Source: an uncultured Gemmatimonadales bacterium (GTDB lineage: Bacteria; Gemmatimonadota; Gemmatimonadetes; Gemmatimonadales; GWC2-71-9). Taken from it: DNA of 64,000 bases. A program made the position numbers and the translations under genes. The DNA is taken from assembly GCA_963842945.1 (NCBI GenBank), contig CAWJIM010000006.1, forward strand, positions 96,001 to 160,000, in the 5' to 3' direction. Numbering within the stretch: the stretch's first letter is position 1; each line of letters opens with the position of its first letter. Below are positions 57,769 to 64,000 of this stretch, piece by piece. The notes under the pieces are model-generated. The model made no database searches. It saw only the letters and a list, made by a program, of their open reading frames with translations, and had not been told where the DNA came from.

Positions 57769-59361
57769 TTAGAACCTCGACGCCTTGAGGGTCACATCCG
57801 CGGTTGCCCACGCTTTACGGAATCGCTCATCCACAGTTGAGGCCTCGGCAGCCTTGCCTGAGGCTCGCAGCGCCTCTCGAAGTCCGAACAAGGCCCAGCC
57901 GTTTTCGGGGAAGCGCTTCAGATCCTCCCGGTAGGCCGCCTCCGCCTCGGCCGTCCGGCCTGCTCGAAGCAGGACTGCTCCGAGTGAGTGGCGGATCGGA
58001 TAGTACCAACTCGGCGGCTCGAAGTAGAGAATGCCGTCCTCGATCTGCTTCGCTTTCTGAAAGTGAGTGATGGATTCGCTCAGCTCGCCCTTCCGCCCGG
58101 CGATCTCTCCCCGGAGTGCATGCATCGCGATGTCGAACACAGGCTTGTTCTCTGCCGGTGCCGCTCCGGCCAGCTTCTCGACTGCATCGAGTTCGGCTTC
58201 CGACTCAGACCACTGCCCGGTTGCCGCAAAGGCCACACCGCGGGCGTAGTGAGCCATAACGCTGGCATACGAGAGATCCGCCGGCGGAAGTGGCTGCTGC
58301 AGCACTTCCTTCCATCGGCCGAAAGTGACGAGTGTCAAATCCAGAAAGGGGACGAATGACTGCACCATCGGCACCTGACGGGCAACCTGAAGATCCGCCT
58401 TGGATAACAGCCCTCGTGCGGCATCGATGGCCTGCGCACTTCGGCCGGCCATCGTCGCTGCGAACGAAAGGAAGTGGAGATTGTGCGGGAAATAGGCGAT
58501 GGGGTACACGCCAACCGGACGTTGGTCCTGGATATACGACTCGTCGGTATGGACCGCGTGTATGTTGCTTTCGATGGCATCGGCGTAGCGACCAACCCGG
58601 ATGTAGATGTGCCCCGGCATGTGCACCATGTGCCCGTCCCCCGGCATCAGATTGGCCAGGCGTTCCGCGCAGGCTACCGCCTTCTGCGGCTGCACGGCCT
58701 CGACGGCGTGAATGTAAAAGTGGCACGCCCCCGGGTGGTTCGGGTTGGTCTGTAGCACCCGCTCCAGCTGGGCAACAATCTCCAGGGTGCCGGGGTATGG
58801 CTCGCCCGACGGCTGCTTCCAGTAATTCCACGGCCGCAGATCCATCAGCGCTTCAGCGTAAAGCGTCGCTGCGTCGAGGTCATCCGGGTACTTTCTGACC
58901 AGCTCACCCATGGCTTTCGCGTAGGCTGAATCCAGCCCTGCACGATTAGTCGGAGGCATTGGTGCGTAGCGCGTCGCCACGGCGCGTATGTAGGCCTGTT
59001 CCCTCGGGCTCTCGGCTGGTTGGGCAAGAGCCTTTTGCACAGCGGCGTACGCGGCGACACTGCTTGCGGAATCCGTGGGGGCGTTGACGTGGGGCCCATA
59101 GGCAAGGGCAATTCCCCAATAACACATCGCACATGCGGGGTCCAGCCGGGCGCTTTCCTTGAAGGCACGGATGGCCTCCGCGTGATTGAAGCCGAACACC
59201 AGGCGCAGTCCCTGATCGAAGTAAAGCTGAGCCTTGGCGACCCGGGTCGAGATCTCGTGGTGATGCTTGCCGAGGTTCGTGTACAAGGGGACAGAGTCGG
59301 CGGGCGCTCGGGTGGTCGGTAGGGCAAGAAGCGCGAACGTCGCCAGATGCAGCGGATACAT
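57769..59361 (-). CDS. Secreted TPR-like protein
   Basis: AQ.YFDQGL..FGFNH.EA, HPGACHFYIHAVE, H.VHMPGHIY.RVG, PENGWALFGL. Confidence 0.85.
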   Translation of the reverse strand: MYPLHLATFALLALPTTRAPADSVPLYTNLGKHHHEISTRVAKAQLYFDQGLRLVFGFNHAEAIRAFKESARLDPACAMCYWGIALAYGPHVNAPTDSASSVAAYAAVQKALAQPAESPREQAYIRAVATRYAPMPPTNRAGLDSAYAKAMGELVRKYPDDLDAATLYAEALMDLRPWNYWKQPSGEPYPGTLEIVAQLERVLQTNPNHPGACHFYIHAVEAVQPQKAVACAERLANLMPGDGHMVHMPGHIYIRVGRYADAIESNIHAVHTDESYIQDQRPVGVYPIAYFPHNLHFLSFAATMAGRSAQAIDAARGLLSKADLQVARQVPMVQSFVPFLDLTLVTFGRWKEVLQQPLPPADLSYASVMAHYARGVAFAATGQWSESEAELDAVEKLAGAAPAENKPVFDIAMHALRGEIAGRKGELSESITHFQKAKQIEDGILYFEPPSWYYPIRHSLGAVLLRAGRTAEAEAAYREDLKRFPENGWALFGLREALRASGKAAEASTVDERFRKAWATADVTLKASRF

Positions 59362-59393
59362 GGTTGGGCTCCAGGGCCGAAGTGAGCTGCTAA

Positions 59394-59413
59394 TGTACCG
59401 AACGCTCGGTACA
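59394..59413. promoter_or_regulatory. Putative TetR operator
   Basis: TGTACCGA-ACGC-TCGGTACA upstream of the TPR gene. Confidence 0.6.
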
Positions 59414-59455
59414 ATGCAAGACCCCTCTCTTTATGGCCACCGCTCCCGCCCCAGC

Positions 59456-60025
59456 TTACCCCTGCCTCGGCGCCAGGAGTTCGGCCGGTAGCTGCTTTAG
59501 TGTCCGGCTGAAGAGCGATACGTCATCCATCGCAGCGCCTAGAACCAGGGCCCCCTGGATCCGCATCACTGCATCCTCCGCCCGAACCCGCGCGAGAGCT
59601 CGAGAGAGCCCGCTATCGACGAGGACCGTGGCGAGCGCATCGATCCATTCATCGAAGATCGCACGGAGTTGGTTGCGGAAACGAGCCCGGCTTGTGCCCA
59701 CCACCAAGTTGCCGAGCACACAGGCCTCGTGCCCGCCTCGGTAGAGGGTGTCCACTGTCCGGACCATGGTGTCGACTCGCCGCTTGGCCGGCCCCGGGGC
59801 GCGAAGCGGGGTGAAGAGGACAGCACGGAGCTGCGACTCGAGGTGCTCGAGGGCCGCCCGCACCATGTCGTCCTTTCCCGCGGGGAAATAATGGTATAGG
59901 CTCGACTTGCCCAAGCCTGTCGCCTTGGATAGCTCGGTGAGCGAGGCGCCGTCGTATCCGTAGCGCCGGACCACGAGCATCAGGCGCTCGACGACCTCTT
60001 CGCGGGAAAGGAGGGCTGCAGGCAT
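59456..60025 (-). CDS. TetR/AcrR-family regulator
   Basis: GYDGASL.ELS.ATGLGKSSLYHYFP.GK. Confidence 0.95.
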   Translation of the reverse strand: MPAALLSREEVVERLMLVVRRYGYDGASLTELSKATGLGKSSLYHYFPAGKDDMVRAALEHLESQLRAVLFTPLRAPGPAKRRVDTMVRTVDTLYRGGHEACVLGNLVVGTSRARFRNQLRAIFDEWIDALATVLVDSGLSRALARVRAEDAVMRIQGALVLGAAMDDVSLFSRTLKQLPAELLAPRQG

Positions 60026-60061
60026 GAGGGTCCGCCTATACCAATTTGGAGAAGGCTGTAC

Positions 60062-60077
60062 TGTACCGACCGGTACA
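60062..60077. promoter_or_regulatory. Putative TetR autoregulatory operator
   Basis: TGTACCG-AC-CGGTACA inverted repeat just upstream of tetR. Confidence 0.7.
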
Positions 60078-60232
60078 ATGTACGACCCTCCGCGGCGAGG
60101 ATCAATCCAGCCGAAGGTGAACCATGCCCCCCTTCAAATACTTCAAGAGTCCGAGGCGTTAAGGCGAGCGACACTTCCTGGCAATCTGCGATCATCCACG
60201 ACACATTCTAGTCATCCCCGCCAGGCCGTGTT

Positions 60233-62896
60233 GTGACCGCAGTCGACTCACTCCTCACCGATGCCCTGCGCGACCGCTACGTGATCGAGCGGGAGCTCGG
60301 CCAGGGTGGCATGGCGTCGGTTTACCTGGCCAACGACCTGCGCCACCACCGCCAGGTGGCCATCAAGGTGCTTCGCCCCGAGCTCGCGGCGGTGATCGGG
60401 GCCGAGCGCTTCCTAGCCGAGATCCGCACTACTGCCAATCTACAGCACCCGCACATTCTGCCACTGCACGACTCGGGTGAAGCGGGTTCATTCCTCTACT
60501 ACGTGATGCCCTTTGTGGAGGGCGAATCGCTCCGCGACCGACTCAGGCGCGAGAAGCAGCTTCCCATTCCTGATGCCGTGCGGATCGCCACCGAGGTGGC
60601 CAGTGCCCTCGACTACGCGCATCGGCACCACGTCATCCACCGCGACATCAAGCCGGAAAACATCCTGCTCCATGATGGCAGCGCTCTGGTGGCGGACTTC
60701 GGCATCGCGCTGGCGGTCTCCAGCGCCGGCGGTGGGACGCGGATGACCGAGACCGGCATGTCGCTCGGCACCCCGCACTACATGAGCCCCGAGCAGGCCA
60801 TGGGCGAGCGCGAGATCACGGCACGGTCCGATGTATACGCTTTGGGCGCCGTTCTCTATGAGATGCTGGTGGGCGAGCCGCCGTTCACGGGCTCGACTGC
60901 CCGGGCGGTGGTGGCGAAAGTCGTTACCGAAGAGCCGCGACCGCTGGTCCCCAAACGGCACACGATCCCCTCTCATGTGGAAGCGACGGTGCTGACCGCG
61001 CTGCAAAAGCTCCCGGCCGACCGTTTCACCAGCGCGGCGGACTTCGCCATGGCCTTGAGAAATCCAGATTTCGGCGGAAGCACGGCGGCAATTCAGACCA
61101 TGGCTCTTCCCGCCCTGCGGCGATCCATGGCCCGGCGGAAAGCGCTTGCCCTCGCGCTCGTTGCGAGCCTCGCCGGCCTCGTCGTGGGCGCTTTGCTTGT
61201 GCTCTCGTGGCTGCGCGGGGGCCAGATGGCTCCCCAGGTCGCCCGTCTCTTGCTCGCGCTCCCATCGGAGCAAGCACTCCACCTCGAGCTCCCGTTCGCC
61301 ATCTCCAAGGACGGGTCCCGGATCGCGTATCATGGCGATGATGGCGAGGGGTGGCTTCGCGAACTGAACCGACTGGACGCGACTCGGATTCCCGAAATCG
61401 ACGGTGGGTGCTGTCCATTCTTCTCTCCGGATGGCCGGACCGTAGGGGCATTCACTGCATTCCCCGGGGACTTGATCCTTGCTCCGCTCGCTGGCGGTCT
61501 CCGCAGTACGATCGTACGAGACTCGGTGTGGAGCGACGGAGGTGCCTGGAGTGGAGGCGGGTGGATCTACTTCATGATGGGTACCGGCCACAAGTTGGCG
61601 CGGGTCCGGCCGAACGGGGAATCGCTCCAGGTCCTGGCCAGGCCCGATAGCAGTCGTGGGGAAGGCACTTTCGCCTTTCCCGATCCTCTGCCGGGTGACC
61701 GAGCAGCCCTTCTGACGATCTGGCGGCGCAAGGGGGGATCGGACATCGCAGCCGTGGACTTCGCCACTCGCGAGATCAGGACGCTTGTGCGGGGAGCCTA
61801 CGCCCGGTATCTCGCGTCGGGCCACCTCCTCGTTGTGCGCGCTAACGGAACAGCGATAGCGGCCCCGTTCGACCCGAAACGGCTGATCGTGACCGGCCCC
61901 CCGACGGAAGTGCTGGCCCGTGTAGCTCTGGGAGACGGACTTGCAGGCCTACTCGCGGCCTCGGCTTCGGGAACCCTGCTGTACAACACTTCCTCGTCGC
62001 CGGAGGGCCAGGTAGTACGAGTCGCACGGGACGGCAGGAGCATGCCAGTCGATCCTGCATGGAAGGGCAGGATGTTTTCCCTTTCCCTCTCGCCCGATGG
62101 GACACGGCTAGCGGTCAGCATCATGCGGGAAAGCGGCGGCCTCGAGGTCTGGGTCAAACAGCTGGCGACGGGGCCGCTCGCACGCCTGGCATTCGACGGC
62201 TTGGTTTCCTATAGACCGGCCTGGGCCCCGGATGGCCGAGCAGTCACCTATATCTCCGATATCACCGAAGGCAGCGGGCTACTGGAGCGACCCGCCGATG
62301 GCAGCGGCTCAGCCACCGTTCTGGCGCAAATGCCCCGGGGAATCGACGAAGGGTTTCGCTCCCGCGACGGACGGTGGCTCATCCTGCGCGTGGGCGTGGG
62401 CGGCGGCCGCGACATCTACGGTCTGCGGCCCGGGATCGACAGCGCTCCTGTCGCGCTGATCGCCACCGAATTCCAGGAGCACTCCCCCGCACTCTCGCCG
62501 GACGGGCATTGGCTCGCCTATGTCTCCAACGAATCCGGACGGCACGAGGTGTATGTGCGCCCCTTCCCCAATGTCGGCGCCGCCAAATGGCAAGTTTCGA
62601 CCTCGGGAGGAAGCGAGCCGCTCTGGGCGAACGGCGGTCGCGAGCTGTTCTTCAAGAACCGAAACGCAGAACTGATGGCGGTCTCGGTGCAAACCCGCCC
62701 GGCGTTCCGAATCCTGAGCTCTCAGCCGCTCTTCTCGGTCCGCGGGTATTACACCGAAAGGTTGCATACCAGCTATGCCGTGAGCCCGGACGACCGATCG
62801 TTCATTTTCGTGCGGCAGCTGGGCCCCGATGAGGGGCGGCTGGTGCTGGTGCTCAACTGGTTCGAGGAGCTCAAGAGCAAGGTGCCCCGCCCTTGA
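60233..62896 (+). CDS. Transmembrane Ser/Thr kinase with TolB-like PD40 beta-propellers
   Basis: GQGGMA, HRDIKPEN, DFG, GTPHYMSPEQ; TM helix; FSPDG/LSPDG/WAPDG repeats; VLNWFEELK. Confidence 0.94.
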   Translation: MTAVDSLLTDALRDRYVIERELGQGGMASVYLANDLRHHRQVAIKVLRPELAAVIGAERFLAEIRTTANLQHPHILPLHDSGEAGSFLYYVMPFVEGESLRDRLRREKQLPIPDAVRIATEVASALDYAHRHHVIHRDIKPENILLHDGSALVADFGIALAVSSAGGGTRMTETGMSLGTPHYMSPEQAMGEREITARSDVYALGAVLYEMLVGEPPFTGSTARAVVAKVVTEEPRPLVPKRHTIPSHVEATVLTALQKLPADRFTSAADFAMALRNPDFGGSTAAIQTMALPALRRSMARRKALALALVASLAGLVVGALLVLSWLRGGQMAPQVARLLLALPSEQALHLELPFAISKDGSRIAYHGDDGEGWLRELNRLDATRIPEIDGGCCPFFSPDGRTVGAFTAFPGDLILAPLAGGLRSTIVRDSVWSDGGAWSGGGWIYFMMGTGHKLARVRPNGESLQVLARPDSSRGEGTFAFPDPLPGDRAALLTIWRRKGGSDIAAVDFATREIRTLVRGAYARYLASGHLLVVRANGTAIAAPFDPKRLIVTGPPTEVLARVALGDGLAGLLAASASGTLLYNTSSSPEGQVVRVARDGRSMPVDPAWKGRMFSLSLSPDGTRLAVSIMRESGGLEVWVKQLATGPLARLAFDGLVSYRPAWAPDGRAVTYISDITEGSGLLERPADGSGSATVLAQMPRGIDEGFRSRDGRWLILRVGVGGGRDIYGLRPGIDSAPVALIATEFQEHSPALSPDGHWLAYVSNESGRHEVYVRPFPNVGAAKWQVSTSGGSEPLWANGGRELFFKNRNAELMAVSVQTRPAFRILSSQPLFSVRGYYTERLHTSYAVSPDDRSFIFVRQLGPDEGRLVLVLNWFEELKSKVPRP

Positions 62897-64000
62897 CACT
62901 CCTCGAGCAGCTCACGGCGGTGCTGGGCGAGCGATACCGAGTCGAGCGCGAACTCGGTCAGGGAGGAATGGCAGTCGTCTTTCTCGCCCAGGATTTGAAG
63001 CACCGGCGTCGCGTCGCCATTAAGCTCCTCAGGCCCGAGCTCTCGGCCGTCCTTGGCAGCGACCGATTCCTCCGCGAAATAGAAATCGCCGCGGCCCTTC
63101 AGCATCCCCACATTCTCCCACTCTATGACTCGGGTGAGGCCGGCGGCTTGCTGTACTACGTCATGCCGTTCGCCGAGGGCGAGTCGCTCAGGCAGCGACT
63201 CGGCCGGGAGCAGCAGCTTCCGCTCGACGCCGCGCTCCAGATCACTCGGGAAGTAGGCAGTGCCCTGCAGTATGCCCACGAGCACGGAGTGGTGCACCGC
63301 GATATCAAGCCGGATAACATCATGCTGTCGGGGGGCCAGGCCGTCGTCGCCGACTTCGGCATCGCCCGTGCGCTGGAGGCGGCGAGTCCGGAGCGACTCA
63401 CCCAGAGCGGAATGGCGGTGGGCACACCGCAGTATATGAGCCCCGAGCAGGCCGCGGCCGGGACGGTGGACGCTCGCAGCGACCAATACAGCCTGGCGTG
63501 TACCCTGTACGAAATGCTGATCGGCGAGCCTCCTTTCAGCGGACCGTCGGCCAATGCCGTCATCGCCCGACACTCGCTCGAGCCGGTCCCGAGTCTCCGA
63601 GTGGTTCGCCAGGCGGTGCCGGCGGCGGTGGAGACGGCCATCATGCGAGCCATGGCAAAAGTGCCGGCCGACCGCTTCGCCTCGATTCAACGGTTTCTGG
63701 AGGCGCTCGCTTCCCCGGAGATCCCGTCGTTGGCGACGACCGTGCCCAGCAGACCGGGGCACCGGTCCCCAGCCCGCCCGAGCCGGCGACTGATGATCGG
63801 CCTGGCCGGCGGCGTGCTGGTGGCAGCGGCAGCGTGGTGGCTACTGGAAGGCCGCATAGCCCCGGGGGCACGCGCAGCGCCGGCCGGGGTGGCGGCGGTC
63901 GCGGTCCTCCCGTTTCAGGAGGTGGCGGGTGACCCGGACAGCTCCTATCTCGCTGAGGGAATGACGGAAGGGCTCATTGCCGACCTGTCCGAGATTGGCT
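62893..64000 (+). CDS. Transmembrane Ser/Thr kinase with TolB_N-like domain (runs off window; not in ORF track)
   Basis: TTG start overlapping the previous TGA; GQGGMA, HRDIKPDN, DFG, GTPQYMSPEQ, TM, VAVLPF..DPDSSYLAEGMTE. Confidence 0.9.
   Translation, partial: MTLLEQLTAVLGERYRVERELGQGGMAVVFLAQDLKHRRRVAIKLLRPELSAVLGSDRFLREIEIAAALQHPHILPLYDSGEAGGLLYYVMPFAEGESLRQRLGREQQLPLDAALQITREVGSALQYAHEHGVVHRDIKPDNIMLSGGQAVVADFGIARALEAASPERLTQSGMAVGTPQYMSPEQAAAGTVDARSDQYSLACTLYEMLIGEPPFSGPSANAVIARHSLEPVPSLRVVRQAVPAAVETAIMRAMAKVPADRFASIQRFLEALASPEIPSLATTVPSRPGHRSPARPSRRLMIGLAGGVLVAAAAWWLLEGRIAPGARAAPAGVAAVAVLPFQEVAGDPDSSYLAEGMTEGLIADLSEIG

Overview
GC-rich bacterial DNA. The many Hanks-type kinases of the 'RY.IERELG.GGMA.VYLA.DL.H.R.VA.KVL' type and the BTAD regulators suggest Gemmatimonadota (inference only). 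I saw no rRNA, tRNA, CRISPR array, integrase or transposase. The window is an accessory region dense in signalling genes: six Ser/Thr kinases, two ECF sigma factors each coupled to a kinase, two paralogous membrane-anchored SARP/BTAD regulators, PadR and TetR. It also holds a LigC + primase-polymerase pair, a DEGS-like sphingolipid desaturase, an SBP56/methanethiol-oxidase-like cluster, a DPP-IV peptidase, PrpE, MFS transporters and many secreted proteins. Many otherwise conserved genes carry single-base frameshifts, most likely long-read consensus errors. Four things stand out. (1) The same extracytoplasmic TolB_N/TPR sensor types are attached to either kinase or SARP outputs. (2) A lux-box-shaped ACCT-N12-AGGT element occurs three times, always 21 bp from a -10 hexamer. 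(3) Short duplicated gene-end scars bracket cassettes with no recombinase nearby. (4) An alpha/beta-hydrolase-kinase-TPR fusion is coupled to an ECF sigma. Coordinates were read by eye and frameshift positions are approximate.
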